Source: Candidatus Altimarinota bacterium (lineage in GTDB: Bacteria; Patescibacteriota; Gracilibacteria; CAIRYL01; GCA-016699755). Taken from it: a stretch of DNA of 64,000 nucleotides. A program made the translations under genes and the position numbers. Position 1 is the stretch's first letter, and every line of letters starts with the position of its first letter. This document shows, in pieces, positions 19,192-28,785 of this stretch. The stretch is taken from assembly GCA_963664295.1 (NCBI GenBank), contig OY760935.1:1024001-1088000 (forward strand). Direction: 5' to 3'. The notes beneath the pieces were generated by a model, which searched no databases, had not been told where the DNA came from, and was given only the letters and a program-made list of their open reading frames with translations.

Positions 19192-21567
19192 ATGAAGATT
19201 TCTTTAGAGTGGTTGACTGATTTTCTTGATTTTAAAGAAAAAAATCCCTTAAAAATTGCCGATAAATTAACAGAAAGCTCAGCAGAGATTGATGGTGTTA
19301 TTGATACAGCGGAAAATTTTAAAAATATTGTAATTGGTGAAATTTTAGAAATAAAACCTCATCCAGATGCAGATAAATTGCAAATTACAATTACAAAAGC
19401 AGACAAAGAGCGCAGTATTATCTGTGGTGCAAAGAACATAAAACCAGGACAAAAAATACCTGTTGCTCTTCCTGGTGCAAAAATTGGTGACTTTACAATT
19501 GAAAAAAGAAAAATGAGAGGCGTGATGAGCGAAGGCATGCTTTGCTCTGAAAGAGAGCTGGGCATTTCTGACGAACACGAAGGTATTATGATTTTATCTG
19601 AAGATGCTGAAATAAATCAGGATTTTGCTGAACACTTAGGATTAAAAGACTATGTATTAGATGTTGATAACACAGCTATTACCAATAGGGCTGATCTTTT
19701 TGCTCACTATGGTTTTGCGCGTGAATTGGTTGCAAATGGTCTTGCTAGTTGGAAAAAAGGAATGGAAAATCACATGCAAGACTTAGAAAGTGAAACAAAA
19801 AATACGCCAAAAAAAGACCTTTCTTTTGATATTAACATTGTTAATGGCGAACTCTGTCCTCGTTGGTGTGGCATTGAAGTTGAAAATGTAAATATTGCTC
19901 CATCGCCAGACTGGATGCAAAAAAGACTAAATGCCTGTGGAATTCGTCCTATTAACAATATTGTTGATGCAACAAACTATGTCATGCTTGCCTTAGGTAT
20001 GCCAATGCATGCCTTTGATCGCGACAAAATAAATGGCAAAAAGCTTGTTATGAGAGAGGCAAAAAAAGGCGAAAAAATGGCAACATTAGACGGAAAAATG
20101 CACGAAATGCCCGAAGGAGCAATTGTATTTGAAGATGAAAAAGAACTTTTTGATCTTTGTGGTTTGATGGGTGGAAAAAGCTCAGAAGTAAGTGATGACA
20201 CAAAAAATTTGCTTGTTCATGCGCCTGTTTATGACCCTGTTAAAATCAGAAGAACAGCATTAAAGCTAGATCATCGCACTGATGCAGCTATTATTTATGA
20301 AAAAGGTGTGCCAGTTTCTTCGGCAATGGCTGGCTTAATGCGTACAGTTGAGCTTATTTTAAGAATGTGTCCAGAGGCAAAGATCGCCTCTTCTGCAAAA
20401 GATATAAAAAATTATTCCAAAGAAAGTCGAAAAATTAAGCTTAAAAAAAGCTTAATTGAGAGAATGCTGGGAGTAAAAGTTGAAGACAAAGAAATTGAAA
20501 ATATTTTAAGCTCATTAGGTTTTATTGCTCACAAGGAAGCTGATAGCTGGGAGGTCGAAGTGCCAAGATTTAGGTTTTCTGATGTCAAAATCCCAGAAGA
20601 TTTAGCAGAAGAAGTTGTGCGTATTTATGGGCTTAATCGAGTTGAAGCAGTTCCGCCATTGGCAACTATGCAAAAAACAGAAAGAAACAGCAAAAAACTT
20701 ATATCAGATAAAATTGCTGATGTATTAGTTGATCATAATTTTTATGAAATTTTAAATTTTTCTTTCTTAGGATCTGAGTTGTTAAAAAGGTGCGGATTAA
20801 GTCAAAATGATCAAACAATTGAAATAAAAAACCCACTTTCTGCTGATCAAAGTTTAATGCGTCAGAGCTTGTTTCCAAGAATTCTAGAAAATGCTGAAAA
20901 AAACAGTCGTTATCAGGATAGTTTTAGGATTTTTGAATGCGCAAAAACATTCACTCTAGAAGGAAAAGATAAAAAAGAATATATGCACTTATGCGGACTT
21001 ATGCTTGATGAAGATTTTTATTCTGCAAAAGGGATTGCAGAGGTTGTTTTAAGGTCTTTAAACCACAAAGCTCAATTTAAAGAAGCAAAAGTAGTAAAGC
21101 CATTTTTAAATAAATCAAAAACAGCTGACTTAATTGTTCAAGGTAAAAGAATTGGCTTTGTTTCTGAATTAAGTCCAAAAATTGCCAAAGAATTTTCACT
21201 AAAAGATCCAGTAGCAATTTTGAAATTTGATATAGATATCTTGAGTGAACTAAAAGTGGTTAATAAAACTTATAAAAAACTCCCTCGTTATCCAGGTATT
21301 TTCTATGATATTTCTGTTTTAGCTTCCTCAAAAACACAATCAGCAGAAGTTTTAAGTAAGGTTAAAAACTTGGATAATTTAATAAAATCAGCTGAGATTA
21401 TAGAAATTTTTGAAGGAAAAGGAGTGCCAGAGGGCAAAAAAAGCGTCACAATTTCTTTTGAATTTCGTTCTGATGAGCGCACTTTAGAGGAAAAAGAAGT
21501 AAAAGTAGTAGAAGATAAAATAATATCTGCACTGCAAAAAGCAGGTATTGAAAAAAGATTTGCTTAA
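19192..21567 (+). CDS. pheT: Phenylalanine--tRNA ligase beta subunit
   Basis: MKISLEWL, HPDADKL, CGAKN, SEGMLCS, B3/4, B5 and FDX-ACB domains. Confidence 0.97.
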   Translation: MKISLEWLTDFLDFKEKNPLKIADKLTESSAEIDGVIDTAENFKNIVIGEILEIKPHPDADKLQITITKADKERSIICGAKNIKPGQKIPVALPGAKIGDFTIEKRKMRGVMSEGMLCSERELGISDEHEGIMILSEDAEINQDFAEHLGLKDYVLDVDNTAITNRADLFAHYGFARELVANGLASWKKGMENHMQDLESETKNTPKKDLSFDINIVNGELCPRWCGIEVENVNIAPSPDWMQKRLNACGIRPINNIVDATNYVMLALGMPMHAFDRDKINGKKLVMREAKKGEKMATLDGKMHEMPEGAIVFEDEKELFDLCGLMGGKSSEVSDDTKNLLVHAPVYDPVKIRRTALKLDHRTDAAIIYEKGVPVSSAMAGLMRTVELILRMCPEAKIASSAKDIKNYSKESRKIKLKKSLIERMLGVKVEDKEIENILSSLGFIAHKEADSWEVEVPRFRFSDVKIPEDLAEEVVRIYGLNRVEAVPPLATMQKTERNSKKLISDKIADVLVDHNFYEILNFSFLGSELLKRCGLSQNDQTIEIKNPLSADQSLMRQSLFPRILENAEKNSRYQDSFRIFECAKTFTLEGKDKKEYMHLCGLMLDEDFYSAKGIAEVVLRSLNHKAQFKEAKVVKPFLNKSKTADLIVQGKRIGFVSELSPKIAKEFSLKDPVAILKFDIDILSELKVVNKTYKKLPRYPGIFYDISVLASSKTQSAEVLSKVKNLDNLIKSAEIIEIFEGKGVPEGKKSVTISFEFRSDERTLEEKEVKVVEDKIISALQKAGIEKRFA

Positions 21568-21653
21568 AAAATCATAAAAAAGAGGTTTGACTTTTTTTGT
21601 TTATAGTAGAAAAATATCTAACAAAATAATAAAAACCTCTTTTTTAAAGGTAT

Positions 21654-23018
21654 ATGATAGTAATGAAGTTTGGTGGCACCTCAATGGGCTCTGCTCAGCG
21701 CATAAGCGAGGTTGCCCAGATTGTTTGTGCTGAAAAGAAAAAACCAATTGTTGTTGTTTCTGCAATGACTGGCGTGACCAACATGCTTTTAGAGGCCGCC
21801 GATGTGGCAATTTCTAAGAAAAATCTTAAAAGACTCAAGAAAATTATTAAAGATTTATTAAAAAAACACTACGAAACCGCAGAAAAATTAATTTCTAATA
21901 AAAAAAGACTAAAAGAAACCAAAGAATATGTTTGGAAAGAACTACATGATTTAGAGCATTTTTTAGAAGCACTTGCTTATATTAACGAACTTAGTGCTCG
22001 CTCATATGACCGTATTGTCGCCATTGGTGAAAAATTATCTGCTCATTTGTTATCTGCCCATATGAACGACATTGGCAGAAAAACTTGTTATGTAAATTTA
22101 GAAAAAATTCTCAAAAAAGAACACAAAAAAATAAATAATGCATTTTTTAGCTCATTAGAAAGAAAAATGTATTCACATATTACACCATTGATTATTGATG
22201 AGGGCTGTGTGCCTGTATGTACTGGTTTTTTTGGTCAAATACCTGGAGGCATAATAGAAGCAGTTGGTAGAGGTTATTCTGATTTTTGTGCTGCTATACT
22301 TGGTTCTGCATTTAAGGTAAAAGAAATTCAAGTCTGGACTGATGTTGATGGTATTATGTCAGCTGATCCACGCTTGGTTAAAAAAGCTTTTGTTTTACCA
22401 GAGGTTTCTTTTAATGAAGCAGCAGAAATGTCGAGTTTTGGCGCAAAAATATTACATCCACAAACTATTTGGCCTGCTGTGCGACGCAATATCCCTGTGC
22501 GCATTAAAAACACAATGAACCCAAAATTTGCTGGCACTTTAATTACCCAAGAAGGCAAATTATCTGATAAAATTTGTAAATCAATTACAGCCAAAAAAGG
22601 AGTAAATCTTGTTTGTCTTTTGGCTTCTGATATGCCTGTTAAATATGGCTTTTTAGCAAAAGTGTTTGATATTTTTGCTCGTCATGAAGTTTCAATCGAT
22701 ATAGTGACAACCTCAGAAATTTCAATTTCTTTTAATATTGATAAGCCATTAAGTAAAATTAAACCTGCATTACAGGAATTAAGAAAGCTTGGACGAGTTC
22801 ATACAGAAAGCAACAAAGCAATTGTTGCCGCGATCGGTAGCGAAATGAGTGTTAAAATAGGAAGTGGTTCAAAGATATTAGCTTCTATAGCCTCTTGTGG
22901 AACCAATGCCGTTATGATTTCTCGCAGTAGTTTAAAAATAAATATTTCTTGTATTGTGGAGGAAAGCAAAGCAGATGAGCTTGTAAAAACTCTTCATAAA
23001 GATATTTTAGAATTTTAA
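21654..23018 (+). CDS. lysC: Aspartate kinase
   Basis: MKFGGTS, VVSAM, GRGYSD, WTDVDG..SADPR, GAKILHP, two ACT domains. Confidence 0.92.
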   Translation: MIVMKFGGTSMGSAQRISEVAQIVCAEKKKPIVVVSAMTGVTNMLLEAADVAISKKNLKRLKKIIKDLLKKHYETAEKLISNKKRLKETKEYVWKELHDLEHFLEALAYINELSARSYDRIVAIGEKLSAHLLSAHMNDIGRKTCYVNLEKILKKEHKKINNAFFSSLERKMYSHITPLIIDEGCVPVCTGFFGQIPGGIIEAVGRGYSDFCAAILGSAFKVKEIQVWTDVDGIMSADPRLVKKAFVLPEVSFNEAAEMSSFGAKILHPQTIWPAVRRNIPVRIKNTMNPKFAGTLITQEGKLSDKICKSITAKKGVNLVCLLASDMPVKYGFLAKVFDIFARHEVSIDIVTTSEISISFNIDKPLSKIKPALQELRKLGRVHTESNKAIVAAIGSEMSVKIGSGSKILASIASCGTNAVMISRSSLKINISCIVEESKADELVKTLHKDILEF

Positions 23019-23031
23019 TTTTTCATTTAAC

Positions 23032-24030
23032 ATGTCTTACAAAATTGGAATTATTGGTGCCACAGGCGCAGTTGGCAAAGAAATGATCGAATGTTTACAT
23101 GATCGCAATTTTCCTCTTGCCGAACTTCATCTTTTTGCCTCCGAAAGGAGTGCAGGCAAAAAAGTGCAAACCCCTTTTGGCGAAAAAGAAATCGAGCTTT
23201 TTGAAGTAGAAAAGGCCAAAGAAATGGATTTTGTTCTCATGGCTGTTTCTGGTGATTTTTCAAAAAGATACGCGCCAGAAATTGCAAAAGGAAAAGCAGT
23301 TGTTATAGATAATTCTTCTGCTTGGAGAATGGAAGAAAGTATTCCTTTGATTGTGCCAGAGGTAAATGCAGAAGTAGCAAAAGGGGCAAAATTAATTGCC
23401 AATCCAAATTGCACTACTGCAATTTTGGCTGTTGCTCTTTATCCTTTATATAAAGAATTTGGTCTTAAAAAAACAATAGTTTCAACCTATCAAGCAACAA
23501 GTGGTGCAGGTCAGGAAGCAATGGACGAATTAGCAGAAGAAACAAAAAATTACCTTGAAAATAAAGAAGTTGGAGCAAATAAATTTGCAAAACCAATTCC
23601 TTTTAATCTTATTCCTCGCATTGATGTAATGACTGAAAATGATTATTCAAAAGAGGAGATGAAAGTGACAAAAGAAACAAAGAAAATTTTTGGAGATAAT
23701 AGCTTGTTAATTTCTTGTACTGCTGTGCGCATTCCAACTTTCCGAGCGCATGCCGAGGCAATAACAATTGAAACAGAAAAGCCAGTATCGCCAGAAAAAG
23801 CTAGAGAAATTCTCTCTCAATCCTCAGGTGTAGAAATAAAAGATGATCCAGAGAATTTTGACTTGCCAATGCCATTAACAGCAACAAAAAAATATAATGT
23901 AGAAGCTGGTAGAATTAGGCAAAACATTGTATTTGGCGAAAATGGTTTAGACTTTTTTGTTTGCGGTGATCAATTGTTAAAAGGCGCCGCCTTAAATGCT
24001 GTTCAAATTGCCGAAAGTTTAATTTCTTGA
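23032..24030 (+). CDS. asd: Aspartate-semialdehyde dehydrogenase
   Basis: GATGAVG, DNSSAWR, ANPNCTT, STYQATSGAG, KGAALNAVQIAE. Confidence 0.97.
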   Translation: MSYKIGIIGATGAVGKEMIECLHDRNFPLAELHLFASERSAGKKVQTPFGEKEIELFEVEKAKEMDFVLMAVSGDFSKRYAPEIAKGKAVVIDNSSAWRMEESIPLIVPEVNAEVAKGAKLIANPNCTTAILAVALYPLYKEFGLKKTIVSTYQATSGAGQEAMDELAEETKNYLENKEVGANKFAKPIPFNLIPRIDVMTENDYSKEEMKVTKETKKIFGDNSLLISCTAVRIPTFRAHAEAITIETEKPVSPEKAREILSQSSGVEIKDDPENFDLPMPLTATKKYNVEAGRIRQNIVFGENGLDFFVCGDQLLKGAALNAVQIAESLIS

Positions 24031-24061
24031 TTTTTAATTTCAATAAATTAAGATTTTAATT

Positions 24062-24292
24062 ATGAAAAAAGTTTTAATTTTTACTTCATTGGTTTTTTTG
24101 AGCGCTTGTACGCCCAGTGAAAATCCAGATCAAGAATTTGATCAATTTTATCAAGGATCTCCGCAAGATTTTTCCGTTGAAAATCAAGAAAAACAAGCAG
24201 AATTACAAGAAAAAACAACAAATAGTGATAGTTTTACAATAAAAGGAGAGTCAGACGAGTATGTTTGTGAGACAATTTGCACAAAAAAATAA
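24062..24292 (+). CDS. Small lipoprotein
   Basis: MKK-hydrophobic-LSAC lipobox. Confidence 0.65.
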   Translation: MKKVLIFTSLVFLSACTPSENPDQEFDQFYQGSPQDFSVENQEKQAELQEKTTNSDSFTIKGESDEYVCETICTKK

Positions 24293-24307
24293 TTTTATTT
24301 TTAAAAT

Positions 24308-24952
24308 ATGACTAAACAAGAAATAAAAATTCTTATTATCGGTGTTGTTTTTGCTATTTTGGCAGGAGTTTTTACATTCTATTTACAAATGGAACCAAAA
24401 GAAGACAAAAAAAATACCGAAAAAGCACCAAATTTATCTGAAATTACTATGCAAACTGCAAAACCAAGAAAAAAAGACCTAGTTGCTGAAATGGAAACAA
24501 CAGAAGGAATAATTAAATTTAAATTATTTCCTGAGCAAGCTCCAAAGGCTGTTGAAAATATGCAACTTTTAGCTGAAAAAAATTACTATGATGGAATTAT
24601 TTTTCATCGTGTAATGGAAGATTTTATGATACAAACAGGAGACCCAACAGGCACAGGCCGAGGCGGAAAAAGTGCTTGGGGCGAGGCCTTTGAGGATGAA
24701 TTTTCTTCTGATTTAAAAAATATTCGCGGAGCAGTTTCTATGGCAAATAGCGGTCCTAATACAAATAATTCACAATTTTTTATTGTACAAACAAAAGAAA
24801 CTCCTTGGCTTGATGGTGTGCATACTGTTTTTGGACAAGTTTATGAAGGCATGGATGTTGTTGATAAAATTGCAACCACAAAAACAGATAGTGGCGATAA
24901 ACCATTAAGTGAAATCTCTATAAAATCATTAAAAGTTTACACTTTAGATTAA
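24308..24952 (+). CDS. Membrane-anchored cyclophilin-type PPIase
   Basis: N-terminal TM; [39 protein letters not shown]. Confidence 0.95.
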   Translation: MTKQEIKILIIGVVFAILAGVFTFYLQMEPKEDKKNTEKAPNLSEITMQTAKPRKKDLVAEMETTEGIIKFKLFPEQAPKAVENMQLLAEKNYYDGIIFHRVMEDFMIQTGDPTGTGRGGKSAWGEAFEDEFSSDLKNIRGAVSMANSGPNTNNSQFFIVQTKETPWLDGVHTVFGQVYEGMDVVDKIATTKTDSGDKPLSEISIKSLKVYTLD

Positions 24953-24956
24953 TTTT

Positions 24957-25499
24957 ATGAATTTTATAGACCTTGCAAAAAAAAGACGTAGCGTGCGCTC
25001 TTATCTTTCCGAGCAAGTAAAAAAAGAAGATATAGAAAAAATTATTCAAGCAGGAACCTGGGCGCCCTCTGCTTTTAATCAACAAGTATTAAAATATTTT
25101 ATTTTACAAGATAAAGAAAAAATAAAATTAGCTTCTGAGGCGATAATGGAAGAAAAATTAAAAAATAAAAATATAAAAAGCAAAATTCGTCCAGTTAATG
25201 ATCCAGTTTATTATGAAGCACCAACAGTAATTTTTGTTTGTACAGAAAAACCACTCAAAGATTATGCAGAAATTGATACTTTTTTCTTTGCTCAAAATTG
25301 TTTTTTACAAGCAGAGGAATTGGGATTAGGAACTTGTGCAATTGGCGCAACAAAATTATTGGAAAACAATTCAATAATAAAAAAACAACTAGGCATGTCA
25401 GAAGATTGGCAAATTCTTTTTAGTTTTTGCCTTGGTTATCCAGCTCAAAAACCACCAGCACCAGAAAGAAAAGAGCCAGAAATAATTTATGAAGATTGA
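24957..25499 (+). CDS. Nitroreductase family protein
   Basis: RRSVRSY, APSAFNQQ, LGLGTC.IG, LGYP. Confidence 0.9.
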   Translation: MNFIDLAKKRRSVRSYLSEQVKKEDIEKIIQAGTWAPSAFNQQVLKYFILQDKEKIKLASEAIMEEKLKNKNIKSKIRPVNDPVYYEAPTVIFVCTEKPLKDYAEIDTFFFAQNCFLQAEELGLGTCAIGATKLLENNSIIKKQLGMSEDWQILFSFCLGYPAQKPPAPERKEPEIIYED

Positions 25500-26644
25500 T
25501 TATGTAGTTTTTTAATTGCCTGATTTTTTTCTTTTGCATTAAGCCTGCTTTTAAGTACTGCTTTTTTAAGTATGTCTATTGTTTTGTCGTAGGTTTTTGT
25601 GTCCACAGGATAGGGAATATGGTCTTTGCCACCATGTGCAAAAGAATAACGCGCTGGATCTTCATAAGATGGTTTTGCGCCATAAATAACCTCCGAAACC
25701 AGACTAAGTGCCCTGATTGTTTTTGGTCCTACCCCCTTTTGAGCTATTAGATTTTCATAGTTTTTTGGCTTATGGTCACAAAGTTTGTATAAAATTCTGT
25801 CCAAATATTTACTTTTGGAAAAATTTTCATTCACAACAGGGTGAGCATAAAAATCTTCGTCACTAAGATTTAAAAGAGTTAGCTGATCAGGTCCAACTTT
25901 AGCAGAAACTGCTTTACTTAAGCTTGAAGAATGTTTTCTAAGTAACTGAATATCTTTCATTAAAGCAAAATAGTTTCCGCCAACAAGCTCCGTGCTAAGC
26001 CCTCTGTTTTTATCGCTATTTTTTGAAGTGAGATCGAGAATGTTTTTTGTAGTTAATTGCGAACTTATTCCTGAATGGGGTTCGCGCACAAGGTCTTTTG
26101 CGTTTTCTGAGTGCCAATGATATCTGCGAGCAGTAGATTTTTTTGTATTCATTCCTTGTTGTACTACTGTCCAAGCGCCATTTCTAGAAAAGAAAAAACT
26201 ATGATGATATAGAGTGTAATAATCTTGAACTAAAGAGCTATCCACCTTTGCGCTCATGCGTGAATTATAAATTAAATTATCCACTTTTTGATCTTCCAGG
26301 CTTAGTCTGCTACCCCAGTTTTTAATTTGGTCAGGAGTTTTTAATGAAGTTTTTCCTTTGCCTCCACAAATAAAAACACCTAAATTTTTTTCCTGACCCC
26401 TTATTGCCTCTTTAAGGGCTGCTGTGAGAATTGTAGTGAGTCCAGATGCATTCCAGTCAAAAGCAAGCACAGTGCCCAAGGATTGAAACCAGACAGGATC
26501 ACCAATTCTTTTAATAAACTCATCAGGTCCAAATTCAGCAATAAGGATTTCTGTCATCTCTCTGCCAAGTTTAACCATACGCCTAAAAAGCCAAGCAGGA
26601 CAAGTTCCAGAATCGAGTGTGAATGTGGCTATTCCTTTGTGCAT
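25487..26644 (-). CDS. DUF763 family protein
   Basis: P.WLF.RM.KL, DP.WFQSLG, CGGKG, SAKVDS, VVQQGMN, RRYHW, SFAHGGKD..PYPVD. Confidence 0.85.
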   Translation of the reverse strand: MHKGIATFTLDSGTCPAWLFRRMVKLGREMTEILIAEFGPDEFIKRIGDPVWFQSLGTVLAFDWNASGLTTILTAALKEAIRGQEKNLGVFICGGKGKTSLKTPDQIKNWGSRLSLEDQKVDNLIYNSRMSAKVDSSLVQDYYTLYHHSFFFSRNGAWTVVQQGMNTKKSTARRYHWHSENAKDLVREPHSGISSQLTTKNILDLTSKNSDKNRGLSTELVGGNYFALMKDIQLLRKHSSSLSKAVSAKVGPDQLTLLNLSDEDFYAHPVVNENFSKSKYLDRILYKLCDHKPKNYENLIAQKGVGPKTIRALSLVSEVIYGAKPSYEDPARYSFAHGGKDHIPYPVDTKTYDKTIDILKKAVLKSRLNAKEKNQAIKKLHNQSS

Positions 26645-26663
26645 TTACATTATTTAGAGCAAA

Positions 26664-28196
26664 CTACATTGTACCTTCAATTTGTTCAAAAATATAGCTT
26701 TTCATTTCATCTGTACTAGGGCGTATCCCAGTTTTTTTTGCTTTTTTATTTCCTTGCTTAAGCATATTAAGCCATTTTGTGCTTCTTGGTGTGCCTTTTT
26801 TTTCTTTAATCATTTGGTTTATTTTTTTAATGCCCTCAAGTTCCCATTCACCTGGTTTTTTGCTTGGCGTTTTAACGCCTAAAGCAGTGGAAATTGTTTG
26901 CACAAACTTACCCCAGTGTGCGGTTTCGCAAAAAGCCATTGGCACTCCTTTTTCTTTTTTTTGTTCAGCAATCACCTGTGCAACTGCAGTGTGTGGATCC
27001 AATATTCTTTTGTGGTTTTTCCAAGTTTTTTTAATTTGTGCCAAGGTTTCTGTTTCACTTACTGTGCCAGAGTCAAAATATTTTCTAAATTCTGTAAAAG
27101 TTTTTTTATCAAGCTTGAATTTTCCTTTATTTTTTAAGTCATTCATCCATTTATTAACTTTTTTATGATCATTTCCACTTAAATAAAATAAAACTCTTTC
27201 AATGTTGCTAGAAATTGCAATATCCATTGAAGGAGAGTAGGTTGTTTGGAATTTTTTTGGATTATATTCACCAGTTTGGCAAAATCTATGCAAAACATCG
27301 TTAATATTTGTGGCAATAATTAATTTTCTAATTGGCACACCCATTTTTTTTGCAAAAAAGGCTGATAAAATATGCCCAAAGTTTCCAGTTGGTACGCAAA
27401 CATCAAATTTTTTATTGATTTTTCGATAAAGCTGAAAAAAAGAAATAATTTGCGGAGCAATTCTGCCAATATTTATTGAATTTAACGAAGAAAGTGTAAT
27501 TGAATATTTTTTTAGTAATTTATTTCTAAAGTTTTTATCATCAAGTAATGGTTTAGCAATTTTTGTTTGGCAAAAATCAAAATTATCTAAAATAGAATAA
27601 GCAGATATACGCCCTTCATCAGTTTGAAAATTATTCATTTGCTCTTTTTGCACATAAGTGACCTTGCCTTTTTCTGGATATAGAATAGAAACATAAGCAT
27701 TTTTTATATCCTGAAAACCTGCCTGTCCCGCACTACCTGTGTCTCCTGAGGTTGCCCCCAACATGAGAATTTTTTTATTTTTTTCTGTTTTTTTATTTTC
27801 AATTTTTAAAGCTTTTTCAATAAAAAAAGGCAAAATAGAAAGAGCAATGTCTTTAAACGCTGCTGTTTTTCCATGCCACTGTTCTATTGAAAAAATTTCA
27901 TTTTTATAATCATAAATAGGTAAAATTTTTTCCTGATTGTCAAAATTATGTTTTGAATAAGCTTTTTTTGCATAAATTGCAATTTCTTTTTTGGGAATAT
28001 CAGAAAAAAACCTACTCAATACTTCTGTTGCTAAATCAGCAAAATTTAATTTTTGTAATTTTTTAAATTCTTCTTTGGTAAGTGGTTTTATTTTTTCAAT
28101 TGGTGTTATTAAGCCATCTTTAATTTTGCCTGACAAAATAGCGCCATAGGAATTAATAGATAAGATTTTTCCATTGCGCGTGTCAACATACTTCAT
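26664..28196 (-). CDS. thrC: Threonine synthase (long type)
   Basis: HGKTAAFKD (PLP lysine), ATSGDTG, NSINIGR, PTGNFG, SPSMDI, DPHTAVA. Confidence 0.93.
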   Translation of the reverse strand: MKYVDTRNGKILSINSYGAILSGKIKDGLITPIEKIKPLTKEEFKKLQKLNFADLATEVLSRFFSDIPKKEIAIYAKKAYSKHNFDNQEKILPIYDYKNEIFSIEQWHGKTAAFKDIALSILPFFIEKALKIENKKTEKNKKILMLGATSGDTGSAGQAGFQDIKNAYVSILYPEKGKVTYVQKEQMNNFQTDEGRISAYSILDNFDFCQTKIAKPLLDDKNFRNKLLKKYSITLSSLNSINIGRIAPQIISFFQLYRKINKKFDVCVPTGNFGHILSAFFAKKMGVPIRKLIIATNINDVLHRFCQTGEYNPKKFQTTYSPSMDIAISSNIERVLFYLSGNDHKKVNKWMNDLKNKGKFKLDKKTFTEFRKYFDSGTVSETETLAQIKKTWKNHKRILDPHTAVAQVIAEQKKEKGVPMAFCETAHWGKFVQTISTALGVKTPSKKPGEWELEGIKKINQMIKEKKGTPRSTKWLNMLKQGNKKAKKTGIRPSTDEMKSYIFEQIEGTM

Positions 28197-28701
28197 TTTC
28201 TTTCAAAAATTGTACTAGTTGTTCAGTGGTTTTTTCAGCTGGTAATTCTTCTGTAATTGTAAAATATAAATCATGATTTTCTTTATATTTTTGCAATCTC
28301 CAAGTACGAATTTCGTTTAAGCTCATAGTCTGAGCGCCTACAATTCTACTAGTACCGTCTGAGCGAAATTTAACTCTGTGTTCAATGATTTCCATTGGTA
28401 TATCCATCCAAACAATAACAGAATTTTTGCGCAAATGTTCCATACCTTTTTTGCGCAAAGGAACTGAGCCAGAGCTGGCAATAATTGCATTTTTTATGTC
28501 AATGGTTTGTACAATGTCAGCTTCAAAATCTAAAAAACCATCATCGCCAAGCTCCATTAAGTGTTCGGATGCGTCTCGCCCTGTTTGTTCGATTATTAGT
28601 TGATCAACATCAACAAAATTCATACTTAATTTTTTAGCAAGCATTTTGCCAATCTTTGTTTTACCTGAGCCAGGCATACCAATGAGAACGATATTTTTCA
28701 T
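28183..28701 (-). CDS. Shikimate-kinase-fold kinase overlapping thrC (possibly homoserine kinase)
   Basis: GMPGSGKT P-loop and D.D motif, but shikimate-binding FR..E and GGG motifs replaced by FLDFE and SSGS; overlaps the thrC start. Confidence 0.75.
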   Translation of the reverse strand: MKNIVLIGMPGSGKTKIGKMLAKKLSMNFVDVDQLIIEQTGRDASEHLMELGDDGFLDFEADIVQTIDIKNAIIASSGSVPLRKKGMEHLRKNSVIVWMDIPMEIIEHRVKFRSDGTSRIVGAQTMSLNEIRTWRLQKYKENHDLYFTITEELPAEKTTEQLVQFLKENEVC

Positions 28702-28785
28702 AGTCTAGTAGCTATGTTGTGATTGCATTTTGCCTTTTTAAATTTTAAAAATCAAACTAGAATTAACAAAGATTTAATTTATTTC

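Noticed and set aside
28183-28701. Assigning the symbol aroK
   Set aside because: Shikimate-binding motifs are altered and the context points to threonine synthesis
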